64,000 nt of DNA from Tubulanus polymorphus (GCF_964204645.1 NC_134036.1:2294001-2358000); one strand, 5' to 3'. Positions 49,115-64,000 are shown, counted from the first letter of the stretch. Numbers and translations: made by a program. The notes: generated by a model not told the origin, from the letters alone.

Positions 49115-52100
49115 CTCCAGTCACCCCCTTGGATGGTGTTTCTGGGACAAGACGACCAATCTCTTGCCAAGAAGCAGAATGAATTCGAATGCTACAACAA
49201 TCACGCTCGTTGAGAAATTTAAAAATATCGAAAGTACCTTCTTGCACCCAGTGGTAACAATACTAGCCGTTATGCCGTGGGGCGAAATTATTTTTTTTTT
49301 TTAGAAAGCGGCAATTATCTCAATTATCATCAAAAATTGTTGAGATATCAATAGATGATTAACCATAATTTTCGAAATCGTTTTCCCATAATAAAATCAA
49401 TAGTAATTGAAGATAATATAATAGTTTTGAACGCAATAGTTTTCAACGGACGATATTGATATCGATATTGATATTGATATTTCAGGTCAGGTTTTCATTT
49501 AACAGCTTGGAACATTGCGAGTGCGATATATCATCTCTAATTGATATGTAAAGATATTTCGGATATACTGATATTGCTTAGTGTGGATGGGCGTTAATGA
49601 GTTCAAACGCACCGGGGACAAAATCGAATACCTGATGTCCCAGACAAGAGCTTTCGTTACAGATGGCCCAAGACTAGAACAGAGTCCTTCCTGGAAAATT
49701 GTCCTGGTTCCTTTCAAAGCCGCATGGGAGATAACAGGCGAGCAGACGATAGAGGAAAAGATACAAAAGGCAGATTGTAATGCCGACGCAGATGAACTAT
49801 TTCTCCCAGACGACAGTTTCATCTTGTCATCGCATTCAATACTCGCTTGCCGAGGACGCAATTTCCAACCGACTCACGATCGGCAGACGGCGTAAATCAA
49901 ACCCGTTAATCGTCAGCTACTACACGCAACCAGTCCATCGAGACCCGGCAACCAGTCCGTCTGGGGACGAATAGAACAGGCACCGAAAACATCCATCTCG
50001 GTCCCAGACGTGATTTAAACTGTATCGTCGTTTCAGCATCGTGTAAACAGACGATAGCGCGTGACCTGACGCGAGTTTGCTTTTTATTGATAATCCACGC
50101 ACGCGTACTCGTCTGTGGTGTAGTTGATTTGTAATCCGCTAGGGGGACATTTAAGGATGAGAAATGGCCGACGTAGGGATTGGCATTGTGCCAGACGTTT
50201 TCAGAGGTAATGTCGACACCGATTCGGATGATGAATAACCCAAATGAACAACTGAAACAATAGCGATGTCTTAAATCACAGATATTGACTCCGGGATTGC
50301 AACATTCAGGACATCAGACGGCATTTCAGACACGTCCACAAAGGTCCTTCGAAATGTCCTTAATTACAGCTATGGACTACTGAATCGTGGCCCACAGACA
50401 CAACCCCAGGAGCTCAATAGGGAAAGGTCCGAGGCCTATACTAATTTGAAAGGTTATTCAGACTTCTGCAAGGTCGTTGGCAATCATGAATTGAAGCATT
50501 CTGGACTCGAGTGAACTGCAAGACAAATTGGAATGGAGGACAAGGAAAATTCTCTCTCCCTTCCCTCTCTCCAACTCTCCAATTTTTCATCCTAACTCTC
50601 GCTCTCCTCTCCTCACCGGGGACAATGAACCCTCTCAGCACCCTCTCTGCCTCTCTGGCACTGAGGTCTCTCTCGCTCCCTCGCTCAATCTCACACCGAG
50701 CACAATCCATTGAACCCCTTCCTCTCTCTCCTCTCAGGCACCGAGGAACCCTCAAACTCTCGTCACATCCACCACACTGATCGAGTAGGTTCGACAAAAC
50801 ATAAACCTGTCAGATACCGATCGTGCCGATACACAAAAGGCAAACTTATCAATTTTCCATTAGCCACGACGATGATGATAAAGACGACATATTACGATCG
50901 CGTATCTGAGGAACCCCGGTCAAATTTCTTAACGGTCGTCATTATTACGCGGCCGTCTGCTGAGAAAGCGTCGAACGAAGACGGATCTTAAAATTATTGA
51001 TTTCGTAACGGTTTATATAATGAAGGCACGGGATCAATCATCTTTACTCGGTCAACGGACGAAAACGATATCGATTTTTTTTAAGAATCAGACCACTGTA
51101 GACACAAAAAAAGTGGAAAGGCTGTTACCAGATGAGAAAGCATTGAACTTAAAGACAATTTAAACGTTTGTTTTTTTTTAGTTAGGCCTAATCCTGGCTA
51201 TCTTTGCTTTTCGAATACATTTATTGGAGCAATATTCAGTATCTAGTTTATTTAGGTTGCACAGTTACAAATTGAAAGTAAAAATGGCAGAACGCTGAGA
51301 ACTACTTCAACGTACGAATACTTTAATTCAAAAACCAATTGTGTGATTGTTATTGAAGAACGATTGAGGAAAGGGGAATGAACCAAGTGGAGACTTCAAA
51401 AATCTAATTCATAGAGTTTACGGTGATTGAGGACAAAATTGTCGCAAAGAAGGCCGTGTGGGTATCGACAAAGTGAAGAACCAGTGAAGAACCAGTTTTG
51501 AAGACATCGAAAATTCAAATCCATTAAAATAAATCCATGTTTTTCTGATAAGAAAACCTTCAAAAAACGAATTCGTGGATGTTACGGTATAATGGATGTA
51601 CATATTCTTCAGACAGAAAGTTTACTCCGAGAGTTGTCATTCTGGTATTGCAATTAAAACCGTTATATTTCTTGTTTCATTTCTCGAATCAAACGAGAAA
51701 GATTAACGAAGCCACTTTCAACTTGTTACTTGGTAACGTAATATTATTCCGACAACAGAGCCCCGCAGCCATAACAACTAAAACAGTCGACTGTGTTGTC
51801 TCTCTCTCTCGTTGACAACCGAACCACTCCCATCGGGTAGGAAAATTCTGAGCTACATTTTCAAGGTTTCTTTGTTGATACGCGAAGACTTATAAATACG
51901 GGAAATATTTCGTTTTATGTGGTTATTTTTTCGAAGGCGATTTTGTTTGTAATTTTCAGCGTGTCCTCTGTGATTGATTTGTACAAAGCGACATAAAATA
52001 CATGGATATCTTGAACGTCAAACTGTTTCACGTTAACGCAGTTTTACGGGCGTTTGCATAATTTATTGAAAATCGATCAGATTTCAATCACTGAACTTGG

Positions 52101-52924
52101 TGGACACGTCCACACGTGCCATTGATTCCACAGTTTCCACTACATCTACTGGTTCCAGATTTAGAAGTGAAAATGTAAAATCTTGGCATGAGCAACAACA
52201 CTATGACAGGTAAAGTCAGAAGCTTAGAAAAACAGATATGGCCCAAGCGATCGGCTCTCTCTAGGACGATTTTGGCAAAAATGCATGAAGATCATCCAAC
52301 ACCTTGAATCCCTAAAACTATTTGAAAATATAGATCCTTCTAAACATTACACCAGTCAGCCATCTTGAATATGTTTTATTTAGCGCGATATCTATGTAAA
52401 GATCTCGAGAGCCCCTGAAGTGTGTGCAGTCATCAGTCAGCCATCTTGAATCTGTTTTATTAAGTACATATCTCGAGAGCCCCTGAAGTAAAAAAGCCAA
52501 ACATTCCAAGATTCGTCTGCATTCAACTCGTGCGTTTTACCGCGACCACGGAACCGTTCACGCACCGGTGCGCGCGTGTTCGATCAACCGTTAAAACCTC
52601 CGGAGACGTTTTAGAGTCGGTGCATCGAAGCAATCGACGCCGTATCGAGCATCACGCTACCCTAGTCACAACACGTCCGCTTCATTGAATGACTAAGCGG
52701 CGATTTATCGGAAAGTGTCTTTCCTCTGCGTGACTACTATATGTCAATTTTTCCGGAGGCTAAAATCGTCTGCTATACTTTGCTCGTGCACCTGCTTAGC
52801 CTCGACCTATACATCTCTTCTATACCCCTGTCGATAGCTTCCAATCACCACTTGACACAGACTCTTCACGCGATTGGCTTTCTACCTCACAATCTGCCTA
52901 TCAATCAAATCAATGCAGTAGTAT

Positions 52925-53315
52925 ACACCAACCCATATCGCTGCTTTGCGGCTATATTTAATTTGTATTTCTTCGAGGACGATAACCCGTAGTAGTTAAA
53001 CCACGTCATAAGTCCTCCCATGACAACTTTAAATCGATTAAATAGATAATACCAACCCATATCGCTGCTTTGCGGCTATATTTAATTTGTATTTCTTCGA
53101 GGACGATAACCCGTAGTAGTTAAACCACGTCTTCGTTCATAAGTCCTCCCATGACATCTTTAAATCGATTAAATAGATAATACAAACCAATATCGCTGCT
53201 TTGCGGCTATATTTAATGTTTATCTTCTGACAACTAGCTGTAGCGATTTATAATACTATAACAAGATCCTTCTATAGCCCTACCGATAGCCTGCGTAGCG
53301 GCTATATTTACTACC
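52925..53315. repeat. ~125-bp tandem repeat, 2 full plus partial units
   Basis: ccaacccatatcgctgctttgcggctatatttaatttgtatttcttcgaggacgataacccgtagtagttaaaccacgtc repeated. Confidence 0.85.
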
Positions 53316-54631
53316 TGTGGTGATTTATACCTCTATTACAAGATGGCTGATTCAATGCCTGCATCTCTCTTATACCCTGTCGATAGCACGTACCCCAAAC
53401 TCCAATTACTCTGGTTCCTCCAACTTCATCAGTTTATTGTTTCCTTTTGATGACGAATTTCCACAAGTCTGGACAGAGCGAGATGAGGAGGGGGAAAGAG
53501 TCGAGGAGAGATGAGAGGAAAAAGTAAGAGAAGAGAGGAGAGGAAATGGAGAGGAAATAAGAGAGGAAACTCTATCCGTCGACGTTACAAACATCTTAGC
53601 CAGCTTTTCCGGACGACTGAATTTCCTATCTGTGCGCGGGTTTGATCTACGGCGACGTTCGATTTGCCAAAAGGTAAATCGTCAATTGGTCGGGAATGAG
53701 ATTACCTACGCGGATATTCTTTGATGTAACTCGATTTGTGGGATTAATTCGGTTTGTTGCGCTGTAGTTGCAGTAACAGAAAGACTCTACGGAGTGGAGA
53801 ATGGGGGAAGGGTAGTGAGAACTAATAAGTCAATGTTATACAGGATATGGTAAACAGAGACCTCAATCTCAAACTTTCAAAAACTGATCGTCCACACTTC
53901 ACATGTGTTCAGTGCTTCATCTGAGACATTTCTAATTGATAATGAACTACAAACACCAGACATTAGACATTTTATCAGCAGTAAATGTCCAAAGGAGTGA
54001 AAAGCCTGAGGCATTGGACACATCGTCGAATTCGATCTATTGACACAGACGTGAAAGACCAGCAGTTAATGAAATATCGAGATTCCAATCTCCGGTGACC
54101 ACCAGGCTACAAGCAGACGATCGTACAGTACTCCATACCTAACGTCACTGGCGTCGCTACCTCGCCTCGGGTCCGATCCATAACCTGACGTCGTCTCCAA
54201 GTAGTTACGTTCAACAATGAAACGTGTATATCCGGGACGACGACATTATTGAACGTCACCGCCGCTGTCACTAGGGGACGGGCTGGGTGTCGATGATTGA
54301 CAATTTCGAATCGGCGCAACACAATCGACCGTTATAAATATGAATGATCGTTTCCGAGGAGATCATACGGGACTCGACTCAGAGCAGTGGAGAAAAACGT
54401 AAAGATCGGAAGAGATTTCCCGTCAGGCCGAAAAACAGATACTCCTACATTCTTCCGTGTTGTCTGTCAATAGGTTAGTTACAAGTGAAGGAATTTTTGT
54501 CGACTAAAAAAGAAAATATTCTTAGATGATGCTTTATCATCTTTTCTATTTCTCAACGCAAATCACTTGATGGACGGACGACCATAGGTCTATTGATCGT
54601 TACTATACCATAACTGTGACTTTAAATTCTG

Positions 54632-54762
54632 GGCCCGGTTCCATAGTCATGGGTTAAACTTAAGACCGATTTTAGACCATCTAAGTTCTATAACCAATCT
54701 AACAACTTAAGACCAGTCTTAAGACCACTTTTGGTGTTAAGTCTTGACTATGGAACCGGCCC
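54632..54762. mobile_element. Harbinger-like MITE, family A
   Basis: TIRs ggcccggttccatagtca / tgactatggaaccggccc with CTG duplication on both sides. Confidence 0.85.
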
Positions 54763-56069
54763 CTGAAGTCCAACTTTTTTCGACACGACAAAACGTTATC
54801 CAACAACTCCGGACTCTTCGACGTGATAAACTATTTGTTTCCAATCAAAAAGAAACGGTCGCTATCTTCTTAATTGCGTCATTAAACGGTCATTTTTCAA
54901 ATATTCAAACGCAACCGATTATCGATCGTTAAAAAAGAGGATGTCGGGAGAGGAAGTTATGAATAAATTAGCGAGATTCAAAATCGTGTCGGCAATAAAT
55001 CAAAACTTGAGAAGGAGTCGCAATTCGATATTCGCGCATTTTCTACTGAAATTGAAGAAGAGTCGATGGTCAATTTCTTCACCGATATTTATCGGAATTA
55101 ACCAGACAAATCGCTCCGTGTGTCTTACTCTATCCTGGGTGGACATCGAGGATGGAATTGATCACGATCTTTCAGTTCGAATCCCGCTCCGGCCCAACCC
55201 CCCACCCCCCCCCCCCCCCCGTCCCTGCTTTGAAATATATTCATCTATTTCAGTTTTAAATACATATTTGTAAAAATAATACATGTTTCTATCTATTCTT
55301 CAATATTCTTTCTCATTATTTTCTAATTCTGAACCTGTTTTGATTTTGCAAAAGTTTTTTTAAAGCCATTTCAATGATTTTTTACGAGCATTTCAGGATT
55401 TTCAACACGAGGCCTCTCATGTGAAATAAACACCTTAGCGTTCCGGTTATGATTTCTGAATTTCTTAACAGCGAGTAAACCTAGATTTACCGCCACACCG
55501 TCGATTAAAACAGATTAACCCACACACGTGTTTAACAGTCATTAAACTCCCGGATTAATAATTACTCGATTAGCGAAAAAAATTACGTGCATCATTAATA
55601 CCGTGCTCATTACTCCGGGATTAATTGCTAGGGAGTTTTTCAATTTTTTTTTATCTAACGGTGACACACGTGTGTGGATTAATTATTAATCGCGTCATTA
55701 AATTTAATTGTGACGTGAACTTCTCTCATTTGAATTTCAAATCAAACGACGAGTCGTTATTAACGGTTATTAACGGTTCTTACATTTATCGAAAGACTAG
55801 CGCGAGTGATTTCTAGAATTCGAGAAAAAAATCGATAAGATTGATTTTGATTGATTCGCTTACAAATCGATGCTTGACAAGATGTAGAAAAGAGACGGAA
55901 AATTTACGATCAACGAGATGGCAGGCGGAAGTTCGGTGGTGGTATCCTTCTTCTGGGACGGACTAAGAATAGAATATAATAGAATAGAATAGAATCGAAT
56001 CTGTATTGATCCTTTGTGTAAAGATATTGACTTTCTTAACTTGATCCAGAGAGTCCGAGTAAAGATCTG

Positions 56070-56207
56070 GGCCCAGTTCCATAGTCATGGCTTAGACTTA
56101 AGACCAATTCAAGACAATCTTAGTTCTATAGCCAATCTAACAACTTAAGACCAGTCTTAAAATTTAAGGCCATTTTTGGACTTAAGTCTCAACTGAGGAA
56201 CCGGCCC
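56070..56207. mobile_element. Harbinger-like MITE, family A
   Basis: TIRs ggcccagttcc / ggaaccggccc, CTG duplication at 56067-56069 and 56208-56210, same interior as 54632. Confidence 0.85.
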
Positions 56208-56210
56208 CTG

Positions 56211-56309
56211 GACCCAGTTCCACAGTCGTGAGTTAGAGTTAAAGTTAGTTAATTTTCAATGAGTTAACTCAATGAGTCAGATCTTAACTCAGAACTGCGG
56301 AACTGGACC
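56211..56309. mobile_element. Harbinger-like MITE, family C, abutting the previous one
   Basis: TIRs gacccagttccacagtcgtgagtta / taactcagaactgcggaactggacc, a different interior, flanked by CTG at 56208-56210 and 56310-56312. Confidence 0.75.
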
Positions 56310-56719
56310 CTGGGGATTAACTCATATCAAGTTAGCCACTTGCCACTTATTATCATTAAACGCTGCGGCACCAAGTCTGCGCAACAATGGAGCAACTTCG
56401 CGTTGAAATGTATCCTCATCACCGTCGCAACAATACCCACCGTTACGGCGCCGCATTCAACCGTTCGTTAGATTCAAAATTTCAAAATGTCACCCGATCT
56501 TAAAAGCTCATTATATTGAAATCCTGTGCCGGCGAGTTTTTACCGAATTTCAATTAATCCATTAAAAACTCACGGCGCGATAATAAGTTGATAATTAAGT
56601 CGTCTGCGAATAGCGGACGCGAAAACTCTTTGAAGTCGATAGGTTTTAAAACGAAGGCGTTAATCAAAAGCCGCAGGGCGTTTTTGACGAAAGAGCAACC
56701 TTCACGTGCCAGAGGCGGT

Positions 56720-57240
56720 TAGGTGGAGTGAGAGGGACTCTTGGGATTGGGAGAGGGAGAGGAGAAAGAGGAGAGCGGAGCGGAGGGGTAGAGGAAAGAT
56801 GGAGAAAAGTGAGGTAAGAAGAGGAGAGAGGGAGAGGGAGAGGGAGAGGGAGAGGGAGAGGGAGAGGGAGAGGGAGAGGGAGAGGGACAGGGAGAGGGAG
56901 AGGGAGGGACAGGGACAGGGAGGGACAGGGAGGGACAGGGACAGGGACAGGGACAGGGAGAGAGATAGGGGAGAGGGAGAGGGACAGGGAGAGGGAGAGA
57001 GAGAGGGAGTCTGTTTGATGATCGGAGGGAGAGGGAGAGGGAGAGAGAGAGGGAGAGTGAGAGGGAGAGTGAGAGGGAGAGAGAGGGGAGAGGGAGAGGG
57101 AGAGGGGAGAGGGACAGGGGAGAGGGAGGGAGAGGGACAGGGACAGGGAGAGAGAGGGGAGAGGGGAGGTAGGAGTGAAAGAGGGAAATAGGGGAGAGAC
57201 AGAGGCAGAGAAGGGTAGTAAGGGAGTAAGAGGGGAAAAG
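56720..57240. repeat. (GGGAGA)n/(GGGACA)n purine-rich microsatellite
   Basis: Hexamer repeats. Confidence 0.9.
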
Positions 57241-60200
57241 ATTACTATTGAGAAGCACAACTCATAGAGAAGACTTAAACCAATGAATCCTTATAAAGAG
57301 GATATTCTAATTGAAATATCAATTTTCCCTTTCCATTCACGTCTGACTAACTGAGGCAGACGACCGGGCGAACTCGAGCTAGTTACTGTTTATATTTCAG
57401 ATTATCTCGTCTGGTCGAACGAGGTTACAATCCGTGACGGTTATCAGTTATAAACAGACGACACACCGGCAGCAATAGCAGCAACAGCAGCCCTGGAATC
57501 GGCAGACGAGAGTTTCATAATTAATTGTTTCCAAGAAAATTGAGATATCACACGAAACCGATTCAACCAAAACTCTCAAAACAAACTGTGGCAAGCGAGG
57601 TTTTCCGGTAAAGATAGTTGCCTTCGTGATTCCCCTAAAGACATTAAATTGATACCAGAAAAAAATGGTCACCTTCATAAATCCTCCTATGACATCATCA
57701 AATCGGTGCAGTGGTAAGTATACCAACCCATATCGCTGCTTTGCGGCTATATTTAATTGTATCGATAACCCGAAGTGATTATACCAATATGACAAGAGGG
57801 CTGGTCCAAATTAATTTGTCGAATCGGGAAATTCTAGAAAGATGGCCGACTTAACGAATCCCCCTATGACATCATCAAATTGCTAAGTTTTCGCAAGATT
57901 CCTTCAGGTTTTATAGATTTATAGATATTTTTTCTAGAATTCAAACTTCACTTGCTAAATGTATCTTAGTTTTTCTACATTTCCCACGTAATTCTTTCCA
58001 TAAAAAAAAACTTAAAATGATTTGCAAAATATTGACGAACAACAAAAGACGAAATTTAATCTACTTTAGTCTACAACCAATAAAACCTATGTAAAGTGAA
58101 CCAACCATCAATCGGATTAGTTCGGATTTAGGATTATTTTTTGTTTTTCGAGCGTAAATCAATTGCCAAGTCACCGAATCGATCAAAACACATCGACAAA
58201 CGAGTCCACGTCCGAGAATTAACTATATCCGATTACTTCATACCGCGACCGACGACAATAACAGTTTAGCGGCCGATTTAGGATCGAATGACCTTTTTGA
58301 GGAGGGATTTTTTTGTCGGATACTCTTTCTAGTTCGGCTGCTCGAACATACGTCACATAAAGCATATCGGATCCGGTATCTTCTAGACCCAGGACAAAAC
58401 CTTGGCTCCAGTTACATAGACTGCATTCTGGTGAATTCCGTCCAGCCTTCAATGTTTGAAAAACGCCATTAAATGTAGACGTTCAACAAGGAAATGTCTT
58501 GAACCTCACTAAAAACAGGTAAAATGTCTATGAAATCCTGAGCCCAGTCCTAAACCAAGCCTTGCACTTTAAACCTGAACATAGCCATAACCAAGACCTA
58601 ACACTCACCTTGAACCCAAACCTTATCAACATAGACATTCGCCTATTCTGTGACAATTTCCAAAATATCGACAGCAAAAATTATTTCCCCTATTTTTTCA
58701 TTTCGCAAATTCTATTTAATCTTCAATTATCAATGTCACCATTTACCACGCGATATATCACACAGACGCAATATATCAGATATTTCAAATTCTAGATATT
58801 TCATTTCAATAAATTTAACGACTGCTTCAAGCCGTGCTTTATCGCGCGATTCCAAACCCGACTGTCGTCTGCTGTTCATGTCGCTGCTGGTGGTATCTGT
58901 CATAAAAAAAAGTGATTTACGTGAGTTCATAAAATTCTAAATATCACCGCGCGCAAGTTGTGGCGAATTAAACTTTAATAAACCATGCGTTATCTCGCAA
59001 TTTCTCGTCGAAACTCTCGAAGGTAGAGAGAAAAAGAAGACAGTAACTCGATAAGGAATTTACGACAAAGGTTTTTAAAAAATCCATCTTTACAAAGCGC
59101 CGAGTTATCTTTACAAATGATTCCCGCAAGGACGGAAAGTCGGAAAAAGTTTGTCGTCGCCAAGGGATGTTCCTGATAAGAAGTCAGATGATGAATTAGT
59201 TTTTATCCAAGCTGGCCGCAACGTCTGGCGAGGTTTATTGTAAAATTGCCATATTCCGCTCTGAGACAAAATATCGGAAAAAAACCGCCACTACAATGAT
59301 ATATCGTTATATGATCTCAAATCGAATCATAGCGAATTGATGACATGTTATGATGGACATTTTCGGTTAACGGAGGGCTCCGAGAGGTTCACTCCGGATC
59401 GTTAAGGACAATATAGCGTAATTTGACATCGATCTAAATTTGTTTCGGACAGACGATAACCAGTTCATGATAACTGGTCCGAGATAACAAGGTTCACGAT
59501 AATAGGGGTGAAATTGAAAGAAAATAAAAGATAATATTTATATCAATAGTAAGATATGGTTCCGGCTAAATTGTCTATACACAATCAGTGGTATTATATA
59601 AATTCAATATCCTTCTGTGGATTGATGGTTTTTATGAACGTTTGTCAGGATATGGAGATCGTTTCGGAAACGTTAATGAAGGAGGATGTCGGATTTCACT
59701 TAAACATCATATAGAAAAGTTTACTATTCAATATATAAGATTTCGTAAGATGATTCCTACTATTACCGATTGTTATCACACTCCATAAAGCTGATTTGCG
59801 GCCATATTTAATCACTGGAATACACAGTTTTCATCGTATGGGAAACGATTTCATTTTTTGGAGAGTTTCAATTCAAAAATTTCATAAAATAATTTTTAGA
59901 ATTTATAGGTGATAAAGCCTACTCATTTTAGTTGCAATTACTTTCAACATGGCTGATTCGCGGCCATATTTGTTTATCAAAGTACTATTAGATTTATGCT
60001 AAGGTAAAATCTCAGTTTTAATATCGGAAGGTTTATAAGCGATTGTGCTAGCGCCATGTGGGTCATCAGATATATCCACGACTGGTTGTCATATTGGATT
60101 TCTTAAGCCGAATTCCGAGACAGAAAAGACAAATGTTTGGTATGAGAGGTTTATAGACAGACTAACGAGTCGATATTTTGACGTCTGTTACCACTGCACC

Positions 60201-62439
60201 ACCAGCAGCAGCAGCAGCAACAGCGGCAGCAAACAGATAGTCTCCTGATACAGCGGCCGGAATCGCGAGTTTGACATCACATGTCGCAGACGATCAATTC
60301 AGTCTCATAATGTCCGTTATTACAAATAAAACGGGCGCAAATATTGACCCTTGACGAATACCAGTCTCGGAGTAGCAAGTTATCAGAGCGAGGTAGACGA
60401 TGATGGGCACTGAATAGCTAGGAGTCTATTAGCACGTCAGACTATGAATTGATTGATGAGGGGAGAGCAGAGAAGAGTGGCAGAGGGAGAGGGGAGCCGT
60501 GAGTGGAAAAATGGTCGTAGAGGAATAGAATGGATTTGATTTGGGAATGAACGAGGGGTATTTCGTTAGAAATGATTGATTGATGAAAAGATGAGAGAGA
60601 AGGAAAGGAAGGGAGAAAGATAGAAAAGGAGACAGCGAGGGAACAAAGAATTGAGATGGTTGGAGGTGTCAAAATAGAATCGAGCATGAGATCCAACTAT
60701 TTCGAGTCAATAGAATAAACTTTCTGATGAAATGAAATCGAACGTTTTGTTAAAATCGACGTTTTTAATTATTTGTTTCAATGCGAATGATTTTGGGAAT
60801 TGCTTGGGATTGAATCAAAATTATTAGTAAGATACGAAATTTTTAAAGTCGATGAAATAAGCTTTCAATTCTGGCAAAAATTCATAAAGACTAGTCTTTA
60901 TGAATTTTTGATTCTGGTGATAGGATGGAATTGAACGTCGTGTTAAAATCGACGAATCTTTTGAAGTTAATGATTTTCAGAATTCAGATCAACACAAAAC
61001 GCGCTGATAACAGACGGAAAGTGCATTCACCAGTCAATCCCTGATAAAAACTTCACGACCTGCTGCTGCTGTGAGCGCAATCGAGGTGAAAAAAATGCCG
61101 TCGCAAAGCTCTCTCGTGGCGAGAAATCGAATTCAATTTTCGGTTGGAAATTCAAATATTCAAATTTTAACGACTAACGGTGTCGTCGAACAGAACGAAC
61201 GAACTAACGGGCGATTGAAATTGAAAATGATGAAAAATCATTAAAGACAAACTCGAGTCGGCGACGACTTTTCGGAAATGAGAAAATTATTGGATAATCT
61301 TTGAAACCGGTTGAAAACGATGTGATATCTCCCGAGCTGATTCTGCTGAAAAAAGTTTCTCAGTTCGTCGCAGAAATTCGACGAACTTTTAATAAAAATC
61401 CAATTCTGCGTTTTCCGTAAATCCGTCTGCGTAAATAATGCGGAAATGGGTTGCTGTTGGCAGCGATATAAGTAATCGTTTATTGGTCGTAACTAAGTAA
61501 CCGTATTCAGATGGTTGCTATTGGAAATTTCGAGTTAATTCACGGAAATTGAAACGGTCGCCATTATTGAAAATGGAACGAAGGAAAATTTGGCATTTCA
61601 TGAGATAAAGATAATTTCCTATCGAGGATATGAGATATCGATATTTGATAATTTACGAAATCTCAGATTAGTAAAAAATTTCAGATTTCTTTTGGAAATT
61701 ACCGAACAAAAAAAAGATGTTTTCATATTAGGAAAACGAAATATCAATTTTTGGTAATTTCAGGATCTCGAAAAAATTTCGGATCTAAAACGAAATGGAT
61801 TCCTTTTAATCTCGATGAAGGAAATATAAAAATATCTGAGACTGAGCAGCTTGCGCAGTGTCACACGGAAATCAGATATATCCGAGATTTTTAGTCGAGA
61901 TTTGGTCTCTCTCTCGCTCTAAAGATCTTAACTTTCATCATCTGAATCGGGTTTTTGCTGAGAAGGGTGGAGTGTGACCCGAGGTTTACCGCGCCTCATG
62001 CGGGGGAGGGGGAGGGGGAGTCGGTGGGGAGCATCACCCGGATCGAAACTCACGGGGCGGAGAATGAGAGAAGGTTAGTTGGTAGCGTGCGAAGGAAAAC
62101 AGAAAAAGGTCTGTTTTTGATTTTTTAAAGGATTTTATCGGTTTGCGACGGGGTTTAGTAGAAAAGCCGATAGTAACACTGCAGGGGAGAACGCTATTGA
62201 GCAGACGACTCTAGAACAAGAAATATCAATTTAAAAAAGAAACATTTACCGGGTTTGATCTGGTTTTCGTAGAGATTGTCAGATTCGATACGGGAACGAC
62301 TACTCCAGTGGTAAGATTAGCGAGATTTTCAGATATCGTGAGAGCTGATATTTCGAGATGCGAGAATTGAGATTTTGATATCAAGCTAGACACATATGAT
62401 TTTGAGATATTTTGAAGTATTTTGAGATAAAACAACTGA

Positions 62440-63335
62440 GATTTTGATATCGTGTAAGATAACTAAGATTTTGAGATTTGTGTTAGATAATGTGAGATAA
62501 AACAGCCGAAATTTTGAGATCCTACAAAATTACTTAAATTTTGAGATAATTGAGAATAGATATTTCAAATCTGAAACCAATATTTATCATGATATCAGGT
62601 CTAGGAACCAGTTCAGCAGTTATTAACCGGGTCCTAATCTCCAAGTAGGGGCCCATCTTGATGTGAGAATTTTAGATTTTGAGATAAAGCGAAAAAGCTA
62701 TCATTTTGAGATAATATAAGGTATTTTGAGATAACGTGATATATATGTATATTTCGAGATAGTGCATGATAACTGAGATTCCGAGATTATTCAAGATATT
62801 TCGAGATAAAATCAGATTATGTGTGATTTTAAACAACCTCGATTTTGAGATTGAACTAAATTACTTAGATATTTGAGATAATATCGAAAACGAATATTTC
62901 AAATCTAGAGTTTAGATTTAAGCAATAACTATCATAATATTAGATCCAGGAACCAGTTCAGCAGTTATTAACCGGGTCCGGGTCTCCAAGTAGGGGACCA
63001 TCTTGATGTGAGAATTTTAGATTTTGAGATAAAGCGAAAAAGCTATCATTTTTGAGATAATATAAGGTATTTTGAGATAACGTGATATATATGTATATTT
63101 TGAGATAGTGCATGATAACTGAGATTATTTAAGATATTTCGAGATAAAATCAGATTATGTGTGATTTTTAACAACCTCGATTTTGAGATTGAACAAAATT
63201 ACTTAGATATTTGAGATAATATCGAAAACGAATATTTCAAATCTAGAGTTTAGATTTAAGCAATAACTATCATAATATTAGATCCAGGAACCTTAAGTTA
63301 TTAACCGGGTCCGGGTCTCCAAGTAGGGGACCATC
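62440..63335. repeat. ~345-bp tandem duplication (~2.5 units) built on ttttgagat subrepeats
   Basis: ggaaccagttcagcagttattaaccgggtcc at 62604 and 62949, with a partial third copy near 63287. Confidence 0.88.
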
Positions 63336-64000
63336 TAACTAAACATCAGTTGTCCAAACATATTGCGAATTAACCAACAATTTATGGCTGAAGATTGCGT
63401 CGTCTGCGTCAGGCAAATAGATCATCAAACCATAAGGGTTCCTCCAATATCCCCCTCTATCCAAACTACAACAAGAATATATCAACAACGCTTAAACGTC
63501 AAGAACGTATAATACTCGCGTTAACGTTACGCTGTTTATTGGCAACGTTTACGGCCAATAAACAGTGATATAACAACAATATAAGACGTTAACGGGATGA
63601 TCGTTAACGACGAGTTGGCGAATAATTGCCAGCGTTATTCGGTTTGCGTTCGGTAGTTTTTTCGACGTTAATAAGCGAGACGGCGTTAACGGCCGACAAG
63701 AGCAGACGATAATAATGTAAAAATATTTGGGAAAAATAATGAACTCGGAAATTACTTGGGGGAGAAATTCCCCCGAAAAATGTCAACTGTCGATCGATCA
63801 CAAGTTGGTTACGATCGGCACTTGAAATGATCAATGGCGCGATCACCTGGCGATCACTCACACACGCGATCACCTAGCGATCACTCACATGCGATCACGT
63901 TAGACAGACATCGATTCGTAGTAAATAAATTGATAATCGTCGTAGAGAGCCGCGCACGAAACGAAACGTAGATCTGATGACGATGACAAGTGCGCGAGAG

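Noticed and set aside
49499-50102. Cluster of 60-120-aa ORFs upstream of GPCR 4
   Set aside because: No recognisable domain or consistent splice structure.
56664-57260. 160-198-aa ORFs
   Set aside because: Translations of a hexamer microsatellite.

Overview
AT-rich eukaryotic (invertebrate-like) genomic DNA with spliceosomal introns, micro/minisatellites and MITEs; no prokaryotic features. The centre (32092-45270) is a tandem array of ~2.9-kb units, each pairing a U5 snRNA gene (+ strand, PSE-like element at -58, TATAAA at -28) with an intronless class-A GPCR (- strand): U5-GPCR-U5-GPCR-U5-GPCR-U5, plus a U5 3'-half fragment. The third U5 gene is split after nt 23 by a 4.2-kb, 5'-truncated Tx1/L1-group non-LTR retrotransposon. 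It has a long ORF2 and a poly(A) tail but no target-site duplication, making it a candidate U5-snRNA-targeting retroelement. A fourth, more distant GPCR lies at 47987-49114, and the N-terminus of a probable fifth GPCR runs off the left edge. All four complete receptors have Arg at 3.39 ringed by D2.50, E6.48 and D7.45. Also present: two coding exons of a natriuretic-peptide-receptor/receptor-guanylyl-cyclase-like gene (- strand), a tRNA-Ala(AGC) in a decayed tandem, Harbinger-like MITEs with CWG target duplications, a MITE-related minisatellite, a 1.25-kb GGGAT/TTAGGG satellite, and a strongly over-represented 8-mer GCAGACGA. All calls come from reading the sequence; no database searches were run.
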